Assembly (NCBI GenBank): GCA_977018835.1
Contig: OZ361261.1
Location: 1,922,001 to 1,986,000, forward strand
Reading direction: 5' to 3'
DNA length: 64,000 nucleotides
Origin: Minutocellus sp. GHC0000111
Lineage: Eukaryota
Positions 47,899 to 59,674 of the stretch are shown piece after piece. Below the pieces are notes generated by a model that ran no database searches, was not told the origin of the DNA, and saw only the letters and a list, made by a program, of their open reading frames with translations. The stretch's first letter is position 1. Each line of letters opens with the position of its first letter. A program made the position numbers and the translations under genes.

Positions 47899-48771
47899 TC
47901 AGGAGACAGTGGCATGGTCCTTCCAAAAGTTATACGCCTCCATATAGGCATCGCGATCAATCTCGACACCACTTCCGCCATGCTCCTTCCCGAGCGCATT
48001 TCGCATTGCTGTGATGGGGGTCATCGGCAGCTCATAGTCCACTCCCTGTGCCTTGATACTGACAATTCCCCAGGGTGCAGTCTCTCCCTCTCTTCCCGGC
48101 TTGCCCATGCTCTCATTTTCCTTGTCGATTTGTTCACGAGAATACAAGATCAAGTCCAAATATTCTGCGGTGGGGAGCATGTCATCACCAACCAGTTCCG
48201 AGGGGAACCATCTCGTCAAAACAGGCAGCTCCTTATCGTTCCGCGCTTCGTATTTGCTCCGCAGCAGGTGCTCATTCTCCTTGGTGATGGGCAAAATGTT
48301 CGACTTGGCATCCGGGGCAATATCGTTCTTCAAAAAGATGTGCTTGCAGAATGGTGCGTATCCGTCTTTCAGATTTGCCTCGTCGTATCTGGAATTCACA
48401 ATGGCCTCAAATTCTTCCACGGACATGTTGAACACCGTGCCCTTGTATTCCTTCGATGCCTCGTGCTCGGCAAACTGCCGGAAGCAGAATGGGTCTGGCG
48501 ACGAAAGAAGTCGAGCGGACGTGCTGTCAGTCAAACTGATTCCCAATATGTAGCATAGTTGCAAACAAAGATCAAATAAATATGTGAAGAGTCACTGTTC
48601 TTCGAAAGTAGCCTGTAACAATCAAAGCCATCGATCCAAGATTAACTTACCTACAACGAGCTGCTTGTCCCCAGACGATGCCATTGTGAGTGATGTTAGT
48701 GGTCGTGCGGCGTTTGGCCTCAGGGAAGATGGATTTGTAAACGCCGCAAACAGAGCGATGGTTGGCCTCAT
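47899..48771 (-). CDS. DUF3228 / flagellar-associated-type protein; intron 48495-48650
   Basis: VV|DPFCFRQF, LKDGYAPFCKH, YEARNDKELPVLTRWF, YLDLILYSREQI, ELPMTPITAMRNALG.EHGGSGV. Confidence 0.8.
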
Positions 48772-48932
48772 TGTTGTCGCAGTGTGATGACGAGTGACGC
48801 TTGAAGATATCAGGTTATGAGTCAATAGCACTCTTTGACTGTCATCTTCAACTGGCTATGGCGCCTACCTAGGTACGCTTTGGCGTCTTGTTGGCCGCAG
48901 TGCTTTCTCCTCTGCAAGCAAATCAGGCAAAA

Positions 48933-49964
48933 ATGGCATCAGCAATTCTCTTGGGCGCTTTGGCCCTGCTACCAAGCGCCACATTCTCGTTTGTGTCTCC
49001 CATCGCTCACCGACCAACGACGCCACCGCCCCTTGTTGCGCTCCAATCGTCAGTTGGCCAAAGGATACCAATCGATGAATCCTTTCCTGGCGCCAAACGA
49101 ATCCACAGGAATCCGGATATATTTGTGTTGGAAAATTTCCTTGACGATGATGCCTGTGAAGATATTATCACTCGGGCAAAAGCTAAGGGCGACATGGCGC
49201 AGTCGCCAGTCGCATACGCGGGCTGGACGAGTGATTTGAAGGATTTGACCGAGCTTGCAGCGAAAGGACCAGTGGCGTGGTTGGCAATTGGCGGGGCATG
49301 GTTCCAGACCAAGGATGATGCATCGGCATCACAGATTGACCTCGTCGTACATATGCTCCAAAATTTCGGCATATTGCTTGTGATTGCCATCGCGGGCATT
49401 GCTGTCTTTACGAAGAATCGCGCTGATAGTCTTCAACAACTGAGGACCAGTACCTCGACGACACTTAGCACAGTTGAGGGTGGATCTGGAGCCTTTGTGC
49501 GTCGAGCAACGGCTCTATTCGGGGATGGGGTCGAAACCAGCAAGGCGGCCAAGAGAGAAAGCAGGCTATTTGAAGCACCAACTGTTATTCGATATGAAAG
49601 CGATCAGGTACTCGCCCCGCATTATGCGGCCACCGAGGATGCGAATAGGGGAGGCCAAACCTTGGCCACATTATTAGTCTATCTCAATGACGTTCCCAGT
49701 GGTGGCAATACTCGATTTGGCAAGCTGCCGGCAATAACGACCGTTGAAGGCGATCCGAATGACTCCAAGCTCACCATCAAGCCAAAGAAAGGCGACGCTT
49801 TGCTATTTTTCCCTGCCGATGCGAACGGTGTATTTGACGAAAGAACAGAGCATGAAGGTTGTGCAGCGGTAGACGAGAAGTGGATAGCGCGGATATGGCG
49901 TCACGAGCAAAGAGTTGCGCCGCCCTTTGGCTTGTCAGACAATGAGCTTGATAAACTTAGTTAG
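48933..49964 (+). CDS. Prolyl 4-hydroxylase-like 2OG-Fe(II) oxygenase, organelle-targeted; HxD Asp apparently missing
   Basis: PDIFVLENFLDDDAC, RTSTS, EAPTVIRY, ATLLVYLNDV..GGNTRF, PKKGDALLFF, HEGC, EKWIARIW. Confidence 0.82.
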   Translation: MASAILLGALALLPSATFSFVSPIAHRPTTPPPLVALQSSVGQRIPIDESFPGAKRIHRNPDIFVLENFLDDDACEDIITRAKAKGDMAQSPVAYAGWTSDLKDLTELAAKGPVAWLAIGGAWFQTKDDASASQIDLVVHMLQNFGILLVIAIAGIAVFTKNRADSLQQLRTSTSTTLSTVEGGSGAFVRRATALFGDGVETSKAAKRESRLFEAPTVIRYESDQVLAPHYAATEDANRGGQTLATLLVYLNDVPSGGNTRFGKLPAITTVEGDPNDSKLTIKPKKGDALLFFPADANGVFDERTEHEGCAAVDEKWIARIWRHEQRVAPPFGLSDNELDKLS

Positions 49965-49983
49965 TTAGTTAGTTAGTTAGTAG
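49957..49983. repeat. (TTAG)n microsatellite overlapping the stop codon
   Basis: About six tandem ttag units. Confidence 0.8.
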
Positions 49984-50016
49984 GGTAGAAGGCTATAAGG
50001 AATCGCCTAGTTTGTG

Positions 50017-51345
50017 CTATCTCTGTTGTGTAGGGTTGGTGAATGTAGCAGCGTTCCCAATTTGTTGTATTTTTCGTTTCTGTTTGCGTTTGCGTTGTTT
50101 TGCGGCCTTTTTCTCTCTCCAGAGTTGCACGGATGTATCGTTCTTAGGTATCTTTCGTATTCGTTTCGCCATCGGCACAGATTTGGCAAGCGCCACGGTT
50201 CCATTCCCTGCCAACAGTTCCTTGTGTGTCTCGGACTCTGGGTTGACATTGTGCGCACCCCAGCAGGATTGATCCACGTCGAAGAGCTCTGCAAAATAGT
50301 CACCAATGTCGGGATCACCAACCATGATTTCGACAAGCTTGTGGGATGGATGTTGAAGGACAAACTTTCGCACACGTTCTACTTGTTCGCAATAAAATTT
50401 CTTGAGCGCAACTCGAACCCTTGGCAGGTTTTGATACCGTCGTGGATCAAACGCCTTGTCCAGAATACCACGAGGGTATTCTCCCAGTTGGCATTTGGCC
50501 AGTCGCATGTGATATTGATGCCATTTCGACATACTGGCGTACCACTTATCAAACGGACGGTGGCTGAATGTAAATGTAGCCTCTGGGCGAAAGTTGTGAA
50601 AAGTTTCCAGCATATCAACTTGTGGCCAAAAGCATTCTCCGGATCCCGGTGACATATCAATTTGTGTAAAGGCGTCGTAATTGCCACACCGATACAAACG
50701 GTCGCCGATGCCATCAGCAAACGTTTTATTCCGCAACGCATCGGTGAGGCATCTGCCGCAGTAATCTCCAATCTTTTGCTCACGATTGTCAAATAGCAAG
50801 GGTTGGTATCGGCAGAACTGATGGCTAACGTTCCACTCCGGCTTGCCGCACTCCAAAAAGTTCTGAAAGCTCGTCGTACCGGCTTTCGGAAACCCCAGGT
50901 TGATAATGGGCAACGCAATCTCCGTCGTCTCTGGATCTGGACGAAAGTGCGGATGTGGTTCAAAGCACGATCCCCACTCCACGCCGTCAAATCCCAAGTA
51001 ACTGCTTCGATCGGCAGGTGCGGCATCAATCTCCGCCTCCTTCTGCTGCAGATCTGGCATCTGTCCCTTCTTCCAATCGTCGATGGGGTACCGTCGCGTT
51101 GGTCGCTGGGGCACTCCTGCCTCCCTTCGTTTCCGTTTGCGCTCCGCCAGAACGTGCTTCAGGTTGGTCTTTGCCGTTCGCTGGGAATTAGCCAACATCT
51201 TTTGCACCATTATGTCATGTGCATCCCCCACATTGCTTTGCCTGCCGGTTCGATTGTGCAATGCTCGAAAGTTGGATGATACTGCAACCAGTATTGCCAG
51301 ACCAAAGACGATGAAGGTGAGCGGACGGACGAGTTCGGACAGCAT
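50017..51345 (-). CDS. Sulfotransferase-like P-loop protein, type II membrane
   Basis: N-terminal TM. IINLGFPKAGTTS (PAPS-binding loop), AFTQID, CFWPQ, RPFDKWYASM. Confidence 0.8.
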   Translation of the reverse strand: MLSELVRPLTFIVFGLAILVAVSSNFRALHNRTGRQSNVGDAHDIMVQKMLANSQRTAKTNLKHVLAERKRKRREAGVPQRPTRRYPIDDWKKGQMPDLQQKEAEIDAAPADRSSYLGFDGVEWGSCFEPHPHFRPDPETTEIALPIINLGFPKAGTTSFQNFLECGKPEWNVSHQFCRYQPLLFDNREQKIGDYCGRCLTDALRNKTFADGIGDRLYRCGNYDAFTQIDMSPGSGECFWPQVDMLETFHNFRPEATFTFSHRPFDKWYASMSKWHQYHMRLAKCQLGEYPRGILDKAFDPRRYQNLPRVRVALKKFYCEQVERVRKFVLQHPSHKLVEIMVGDPDIGDYFAELFDVDQSCWGAHNVNPESETHKELLAGNGTVALAKSVPMAKRIRKIPKNDTSVQLWREKKAAKQRKRKQKRKIQQIGNAATFTNPTQQR

Positions 51346-51516
51346 TGTTGCGATACGCGGGTCGAGGATGCGGAGACCACCGCCCTACGTTACCGCCCGA
51401 CCGATCTCGTTAAGATACTATTGCCTTATTTGCCAATGACTGTGACTCATTGCGAGCAGATTTGACTCGAGTTGCCGCGTCTCACGGTGGTGGGCGTATC
51501 GGAGCGAGGTGGAGCG

Positions 51517-51588
51517 GGTAACATTCAGATGCTCCTTAGCAGTCGATATCAAGCCGGTAACATTCAGGTGCTCCTTAGCAGTCGATAT
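51517..51588 (+). repeat. 39-bp tandem duplication in the divergent promoter region
   Basis: ggtaacattcag(a/g)tgctccttagcagtcgatat occurs at 51517 and 51556. Confidence 0.92.
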
Positions 51589-51655
51589 TAATGAACGAAA
51601 GCGTTGGTTGCCGCACCCACGCCACAACGGACCACCACATACATACCACAAAAAC

Positions 51656-52945
51656 ATGACGATGAAAGAACCAAGGCGGAATATTGCATGCTCCGTAGTT
51701 GACGGCGAGAGAAATTATGTGAAGAATCGAAAGAGGCACCGCGGAGAAGTCGGATCATATCACACGCAGCACTCTCACTTATTTTCAACGGCGTCGGCAT
51801 CGGCCGCCGCTGCTGCCCTCGTTTCCTGCCTTGCCGTTGCATCGGCACTGACGCATGTTCCATTGAGACCCAGATTTTCCCACCATGCATTTCGTTTGCG
51901 TGCCCATATGTTCTCGCGAAAATCGGCGGCAAGGGCAAGACAAACACAGACCCAGCTGAGCGTAAACAGTGCCTCTCGATCGTCCATGTCGCTGGACGAA
52001 ATACCGACCAGCCTGGAACGGACCAACGACCGCCGAATCCAAAACTGGAGCATTCGTTATTCTGATTTGGTCGAATACAAACGCAAGCATGGCCATACCA
52101 ACGTCCCGCTATCGCATTCCGACACCAAGCTAGCCATTTGGGTTCGCAATCAGCGGCATCAATTCCGCCATCTGCTCCATGGACGACGCTCCACCATGAC
52201 CCGAGATCGGTACGAGAAACTCTGTGCCATCGACTTTGACTTTGGCACCCCATTCCGTGAAGCGTGGGATCGACGATGCCAGGAATTAATTGCCTTCAAA
52301 AAGAAGCATGGGCATTGCAACGTCCCACAGCTTTGGGACGAAAATCCAGCCTTGAGCCGATGGGTCGCTTTGCAACGTCTTTGTTATCGCAAGTTGCAGT
52401 TGGAGATGAAACCGGACATATCCGAGGACAGAGTTCAGGCGTTGGAAGACATTGGATTCGAATGGGCAATCAATGATAAGAAATGGAGTGATATGCTGGA
52501 ACGAACGCAGAAGACATTGTTTTACGTTCAAGACAATGCAGCCGATGAAGATGAGGAAGATTCAAAAGAGACAACATTGGAACGACGACCAGATTGGACC
52601 AAGTTATTAGGCCGACCGCACAATCGCGACGTTCGAGTTTGGATTGATGTACAAAGGTATCAATACGCACGGTTGCAGAGAGACGAGGCGTCCAGCCTCA
52701 CCCCTGACCGCATCGAGAAGATCGAGCGGTCGATACCCGGATTTCAATGGATCGGATCTCGAGGTCCTCGGCCGAAGACGGCAGAAGAAGAGCGGTTGGA
52801 GGAGGACTGGGCTAAGATCGTCGAGGAGGCGAAGAAGGTCGATATCGAAGCGGTAGTTGTTGCTGGCAAAGATGAGGAGGAGGAGGATTCCACGGATTGG
52901 AGTGATACCGATCTGATGGATCTGTGGGCCATGGAGGATGACTGA
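51656..52945 (+). CDS. Helicase-associated (HA) domain protein (3 HA repeats)
   Basis: W..RY.DLVEYKRKHGHTNVP...LAIWVRNQR...R...L.AIDFDF and two further repeats. Start uncertain. Confidence 0.85.
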   Translation: MTMKEPRRNIACSVVDGERNYVKNRKRHRGEVGSYHTQHSHLFSTASASAAAAALVSCLAVASALTHVPLRPRFSHHAFRLRAHMFSRKSAARARQTQTQLSVNSASRSSMSLDEIPTSLERTNDRRIQNWSIRYSDLVEYKRKHGHTNVPLSHSDTKLAIWVRNQRHQFRHLLHGRRSTMTRDRYEKLCAIDFDFGTPFREAWDRRCQELIAFKKKHGHCNVPQLWDENPALSRWVALQRLCYRKLQLEMKPDISEDRVQALEDIGFEWAINDKKWSDMLERTQKTLFYVQDNAADEDEEDSKETTLERRPDWTKLLGRPHNRDVRVWIDVQRYQYARLQRDEASSLTPDRIEKIERSIPGFQWIGSRGPRPKTAEEERLEEDWAKIVEEAKKVDIEAVVVAGKDEEEEDSTDWSDTDLMDLWAMEDD

Positions 52946-53730
52946 CTGACTGGCTGACTGAGTGACGGATCTAGCTACGTAGCTACGTAGCTGCAAACAC
53001 AAAAAAATACACACCAATTTTACAATTGTAAATGCGACAAATAATGCTGTCTGTTTGGCTTCATGTAGATCGAGCTACATGTACATGTAGATCTACGTAC
53101 CGATAGCTCTAACTAGAGCATGCCGGGACAGGAGCTGCTGGATGTCTGGTCCGTTGAGTCGAGGAGCCCACCGACACCTGCAGGCGGCGAAGCAGCATTG
53201 AGGCACACACACAGAGGCGTGTGAGGATCGAGCAGGCCAGGCGATTCTCGGCGGAGCTGGTCGTCACGGTGTTTCTGGTGCCGGTGACCACTTTCCACAA
53301 CAAACATGTACCTGTATTTTTGGCCTCTCTTTCCCTCCTTTATGGCCTCTTTATTATTTACATGTATGTACAGGACCCTGAGACGGTACCTAGGTAGGCC
53401 TACAGCATGTAGGCCAGGATTGATTCCACCCCCCGTCTCTTGAACTTTCTTTTTTTGTGTTCGGGATCAAGATTCTGACCCCTATCGGCGCGGCCTTGCT
53501 TTCCTCGCAGTCTTGTTCTCGTCGAACGCGCGGCACCCCACAACACGGTGACTGCCCACAACCCCACAAGCCACGAGAATTCCCAGCGTCTAGGTCCTAG
53601 CTAGCTAGAAGCTACGTAGTACCGGTAGTGCCTGGTCGCGGTGAACAGATCAACCGATCGATTGCCCCCAGCCCAGACAAGCTTGAAAATGCATACGAGT
53701 AGTACCGTCTTGCAGGGCAGGAAGAAGCTG

Positions 53731-56700
53731 ATGTCCGACGGTGGCAACCACGAGAACCACGAGGAGGTCCTCGAAGGCCTGGTTGGTCCTGCTCCTGCGG
53801 GCTCTGCCCACGACGATTGCGGCGGTCTTGGCGGCAATACCGGAGCCGGCACCCGCCCGCGAATGGCCGGAGGAAGAGCAAAGGGAAGCATCGACGGCAC
53901 GGCCACGCCCGGCAGCATCGTGCCAAGATGCGACGTCCGCCCCCTGGACGTCCTCATGGGTCGGGGCAACTTCCACCAACCTGGGAATGTACGGTTCCTC
54001 CGGATCGTTTCCGAGCGCCAGACCGAATACGTCTCCGCCTCAACGAATACCGACAAGAATCGGATCGCTGCCGAGGTGGTAGAACGTGTCGCCGATGTTG
54101 CGTTCCGAACTGGCATCGAGGATGGCTTTGAGGGTTACTACGATGGCAACAACGAGAAAGGTGACGAAATGAAATTGACTGGCCGATTCCTCGTTCCGAT
54201 CGAGGGCGACGATAGTGGCACATTGTACCGGGTCTTGGATGGAAGGGCTTTGGCGGCAAAGGTCAAGATGAATTTGAGACAAAAGCCTCGTTCGCGAAAA
54301 TCTACCGGCACCCGCAAGGAAGATGCCGCCGGCGACGGCAGCACCGCGAAGCCGATCGACGCCCAAACGATATGTTCTGACAGGAACAAGGGCAAAACCA
54401 AGGGGAAACGCCAGGTCGACGCTACTGCGGACAAAGAGGAGGGTGATAGTAACCAATTGACCAATTTGTTGGCCGATTCCTTCTGCTCGAGTCTTCGGAG
54501 GACGGAGAAATGAACTTGTGGGGAGAAGGAGGAGATGGTATGCTCCTCCAAGACTTCGGAGACCTCGACGATTTCGAGCAGGATCTCCGGGGTGCTCGTG
54601 CTTGTGAGGTAACCAACAATAACGCTGACAGCGGTACAACAGCAATCGCAGCCGCTAGCAGTAATTTTGACGATGATGGCATCCACCGGTCTACAGGCAT
54701 TGCCCACGGAACCGTCGTGGAAGGTAACGCCTTCGGAGAAATATGTGGAGTGTCCTCTACTTCAAACAACCAATACCAGCGGATTTTGCATAATGTGCGG
54801 TTTGCCCTCAACCGAGCGCAGATGGTGATTCCAGAGCACAAGGCTGCCGAAACGGCGAGAGAACCGGGCTGGGAAGCCACCGTTCAAAACAGCCTGAACG
54901 CTCTCGGGCGTGAGCTGTTTGTATTCCTTACAGGTATCGAACCTTCGGCGCTCCTATCTGAGTCAGATGCGATAGTTTCAGCTCGAAACGATGAATTTCT
55001 TCCAAATCAGAAGCGGAAGAAGCGTACTGTGCACGCTGTTGGGTTCAACGATGGCTTACCATCGCCCTCCCTTTCAGCCTCTACGAGTCCCGGTCTTTCC
55101 ATTTCTCTGTCAGATAAGCTTCGCGATGCTGGTGTTCCAGTCTCATTTTCCACCGTCGTTACATCACTTCTTGACGCGACAGATCCAAATGCATCGGAAC
55201 GATATCGCACTGCCTTTGAGGTAGAGGCCGACCTTGGCCGAATGATATCGAACCCCGATCGGTACCTGTTCGATCCACCCCTTGATCATCATGGCGGCAA
55301 ACTTTGCTTCGTCCCCAATCGTCTCTATGGGCGAACAAAGGAATGGGAGCAGGTACAGTCCGCTTTTGATAAGATCATTGTCACGCAGGAAGAGACCCAT
55401 GGATATCTTCTCATCAGTGGCCCGCCTGGGAGGTAAGTTGCGACACCACATCTTGTCCTAATCCTTTTTTGCCCTCTATTTCGATCTTGCTTTGTTTACA
55501 TTGACAAGCATTCTTTGCCTATCGCTGCTATCATACACTTAGTGGCAAGACGGCCTTAGTGCAAAAGCTCAAGGATTCTCTCGCTGAACTCCGAGGAAAG
55601 ATCGTTTGGGTCAAGTTCGATTCGCAACAGCAAGAGAATCCCATGACGAATATTTGCCGTGGTCTGGATGAGTACTTCCAGCGACTCTTACAGGGAGATA
55701 TCCATCGCTTATCTGAAATATGCAATGTACTCAAGGAAACCTTGGGGTCGACCGTTGTCGTTCTGAAAGATCTCATTCCTACCCTGGGTATCCTCGTGGC
55801 GGGTTGGCCAGCATCAAACACTGAGACTGAAGGCAGAGAGACGTACAATCTTATTTTGTACTGTCTCAAAAAGGTGATGAATGTCATCGCACAACCCTCG
55901 CATCCAGTCATTGTTTTATTTGATGATTTGCAATGGTCCGACGCTGCCAGTCAGGATATCATTCGCATGCTGGTATCAGATGAGGCCTCACGGGCGGCTA
56001 TGTTCATTGGATGTTATAGAGACAATGAAGTTGATGCAAACCATCCGGTAGCAGAGAATGTCGGGGCTATTTTAATGTCACTGGTACCCTTAGCCACTGT
56101 GAGATTGGACAGCCTCGACAAGGATAGTGTGAACGATCTTTGCAGCGACGTGTTACATTTGTCGCCTCGGCTCACCCGTCCTCTCGCCGAGGCCCTTCAC
56201 TCCAAAACATCGGGCAATCCAATGTTTCTTCGTCAACTGATGAAATCACTGTCGGACGAAGGTCAACTGCAATACTCAGCATCCGAGCGTCGATGGAGAT
56301 GCGATATTGATGCAATCCGGAACAAGGCTGTTGCTGACGCCACTGTCGATCTAATCATTGACATGATGGATTCATATGGGCCGGAAGTAAGATGGCTGTT
56401 GCAGGTTGCCTCTTGCCTGGGATTCCGATTTGATAAGGCTTCCATTGTTGCACTAGCCTCAGCTGCACAGGACATTTTTCCTCATAGAGATGACATATAC
56501 AAACACGTCGATGTTGCTATGGCAGATGGACTCCTACTGAAAAATGGGCCTGATACTTACCGCTTTTCTCACGATCAGATCTGGCTGGCAGCTTATTCTC
56601 TTATGTCAGAAAAAGATAAAGGTGCCATGCATCTGCAGATTGGTCGGAAGCTACATGAGGAGCTAAAACAAGGGAGAGATGCCGATTTGTCCCTCTCCAC

Positions 56701-58681
56701 GGTCGTTGATCAATACAACAGAGGCAAAAAGCTGTCACCGATCACTCTGACGAGTTGGAGATTGCAGAATTAAACCTCAAGGCTGGAGAAAAGGCTCTGT
56801 CGGCACTCTTGTTTCAGCCTGCCTCCACTTATTTGTGTGCGGGGGTTTCTTTGCTCGCGGCCGATGATTGGGACACAGAGTGTACACTGTGTGCTCGTCT
56901 ATATTTAGCAAGTGCAGAGGCTCAACTGGCTCAAGGAAGGTAAGAAAGGGATTTTCCCCCCGAAAGATTTCTTTGAAATTCTAGTCGGAGTCAGGAATTC
57001 CTACATGTCCTAGAGAGGACCTGGAAGTGTACTCAGACATTAGCGGGAGATATGTGCCTTCTTATCTTCATTGGTGTTATGTTTCCCATCTACACATCTC
57101 AACAAAATTTGTCTATTTGATCTTTGTAATTCTCTTGGGAGCAGCAATGAAGACGCGTTATCGTCCATCGCCCAAGCACTTTCGAATGCCAAGAATACTG
57201 AAGATCGGATGAAAGCCCATGAGATTCAAATTCTTGCATATGTTGCCCAAGCCAAGTTCCAGGATGCTATTCGCGAAAGCCCAATTATTCTCGACGAGCT
57301 TGGCATTGATGTCTCGAATGTAGACCCTGTGTCCATACAAGCCGAAGTTGTCAAAACGCAATCCTTACTTGAATCAAGCGACATCACGGGCCAGAAGCTA
57401 ATCCAGTTTCTTGCGTCCAAACCGGTGTCTACAAATTCTCGGCAAATAGGCCTTATGCGCATTTTATGCTTCTCCTCCCGAGCCGCATATGCGGCAAGCC
57501 CGCCGCTGATGCTGTACATCATTCTAAAGATGGTACAAAATGTGATACTTTTCGAAGAAATCACCGCGGAGTCATCGTACGCCTTCGGGGCACTTTCTGT
57601 GGCATTTTGTGGCCTCGGCTACCACCAAGAGGCTCACTTGGCCTCAGAGGTAGCCCTGGCTTTGCTGGACCGATTTGATGGAAAATACTACACCACTGTT
57701 GTCTGTCAAGTCGTGTCAGGCAGCATCCCGTACAGGCAACCGGCTCAAGCCTGCGTCGACTTATTGCGACAAAGTTACAAAGGAGCTTGTTCCGTCGGTG
57801 ACCGGGATTGGGCTCGGATCTCAATAAATCAAATCAGTCAGATTAGCATTATGGCACCGGAGCGGGGTAAGTCCTTAGCTGATGCCGAGAAAGAGATTCG
57901 CCAAATGCTCACAGAATTTCCCGCAGAAGAAGAAGATTCGAAGGAGAGTCTTACCATATTGTCAATGCAATATCTACAGCTACTTCTCAACTTGAAGGAG
58001 GTGACTTCGATTTCAATGGATACCTCCATCGACCCAACGGTGCTGACAGGATCAGCACTGAATCAGGAGGATTACCTCCAGATTTGCCGGGAAAAGGGAG
58101 TTAGGGATTACTTCCGTTATTTCTACACTTCTCGATTATACTTGGGATACCTGTTCCGCCGTCGAGATGTTTCAGAGAAAATGGCCAATGAATTAGAGGA
58201 GATAGCAGCTCAGGGGAAATTCTGCTCTTCTTTTGAGATGATTGTGGAGACATTTTACATGGGACTTGTTGCGGCGGATATTCTACAGAGGCAGATGGCT
58301 TCTGATGCGGTCACTGATACCAAGCGTTGGCAAAAGATGGCCATGGATTCTCTGCATTCTCTTACGAAGTGGGCCGACGAGGGCTCCGAATGGAACTTCC
58401 AACACAAGGCCGATTTGCTTCGTGCCGAGATCGCTGTTGCAAATGGCGACGCCGCAACTGCGATTTCATCGTATCAGAGCGCCATACTTGGAGCCGGAAA
58501 TAGTTGTCACATCAACGAAGAGGCGCTCAGCTGTGAGAGAGCTGGGCTGTTCTTTGTCGGCCGAGGTGACATAGAGGAGGGACGAATCTATCTCCGTCGA
58601 GCTGAGACGTTGTACAATGTGTGGGGAGCACATAGGAAGGTGCAGGACGTTTCATCATTGATCAAGGACCACTGTTCTTAA
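53731..58681 (+). CDS. DUF6824 + AAA ATPase (STAND-like, bacterial multi-sensor kinase ATPase/TPR-type) protein; introns 55433-55542, 56940-57144; A-run frameshifts ~54508 and ~56728
   Basis: DVLMGRG...PGNVRF...GRFL (DUF6824). LYGRTKE, spliced Walker A SGPPGSGKT, LFDDLQWSD, GCYRDNEV, KTSGNPMF, YRFSHDQI, NFQHKADLLRAE, EALSCERAG, WGAHRKV. Confidence 0.85.
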
Positions 58682-58825
58682 TTGCGTGCTTGTTAATTCG
58701 ATGTACCGTAGAGTGTAATATAAATAAAGACTACGTGGTTTCCTATCTTTCTTTTCCATATTCGTTCATCCATACACATACGAGTAGCAACTCTATCAAA
58801 ACTCAGTCAACTGACTATTCCTTTC

Positions 58826-59674
58826 TTAGTAGGCATGCGGATCGCCGGTGGCAGGTCCGTACAGAACCTCGCTATTCAGACCATGTCCAAGGTGATGATG
58901 AGCATTGTCGTCAACCCCGTCGTTGCCGTAGGCATCGTCGTGGGGCACATTGGGGTTGGCGGCACTGTGAGTGCGGGCAATGTCGGATCTGGGATGGCTG
59001 GACGTTAGACCATCGTAGGTGGAGGTTTTGGTGTACCCACCGAAACCGACGGGAAGCTCGGCCCTCTTGTTGGTCTTGGTTCCCATGTACGAGTAGGGCT
59101 TGGAGTCGTCGAGGATGGTACCACCGGCATCGCGGCCGAAATGTCTCTGCTGAGCGGGGGTGGCCACCTTGCTGATGGCGACGCCACTTCTCACCTGCTC
59201 GGGGGTGGCGGGAGAGCGGCGGATGTCAGATCGCTGATGGTGCGACTTGAGACCGTCAAAGGTGGAGGTTTTGGTACATCCTCCGAAACCGAGGGGCAGC
59301 TCCTTCTTTTCGACGGCCTCCAACTTATCCGCTCGAGGGTGATGAGAGGCCAGGCCGTCCACTCCAGAGGTTTTGGTGCTGCCGCCGAATCCAACTTCAG
59401 GAGCTGCCGGAGCCGGAGCCGCAGCCACGGGAGCGGGGGCAGCCGCGGCAGCGCCGCCGTCGCGCATCTTCAGATACTCCTCGAACGATGGTGCGGCCGA
59501 GATGGACTTGCGTGGATCCTCGTGCTCGAAGGCATCAGGATTGCGAGTGTCGGCCATGCCGCCAGCACCGATTTCCAGATTGTAGAGCTGCGTCGACGCC
59601 CGGCCAGACAGCTGAGGACTGAAGGCAGCGGTGCTACCGGCGAGGAGAGCGAGGGCAGTGCACTGAATCTTCAT
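58826..59674 (-). CDS. Plastid-targeted protein with three ~22-aa GFGGxTKTSxxDGLxSxHxRxD repeats
   Basis: Signal + TAA-FSP, GAGGMADTR..ISAAPSFEEYLK segment, three internal repeats. Confidence 0.75.
   Translation of the reverse strand: MKIQCTALALLAGSTAAFSPQLSGRASTQLYNLEIGAGGMADTRNPDAFEHEDPRKSISAAPSFEEYLKMRDGGAAAAAPAPVAAAPAPAAPEVGFGGSTKTSGVDGLASHHPRADKLEAVEKKELPLGFGGCTKTSTFDGLKSHHQRSDIRRSPATPEQVRSGVAISKVATPAQQRHFGRDAGGTILDDSKPYSYMGTKTNKRAELPVGFGGYTKTSTYDGLTSSHPRSDIARTHSAANPNVPHDDAYGNDGVDDNAHHHLGHGLNSEVLYGPATGDPHAY

Noticed and set aside
49957..49983. (TTAG)n as an interstitial telomere
   Set aside because: The unit is TTAG, not TTAGGG, and the tract is very short.
1632..56730. Many single-base frameshifts (1635, 5190, 9260, 17155, 23112, 24530, 31599, 45285, 54508, 56728) as programmed frameshifting or mass pseudogenisation
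   Set aside because: Nearly all lie in homopolymer or dinucleotide runs with otherwise intact proteins, which is the typical long-read consensus error pattern.
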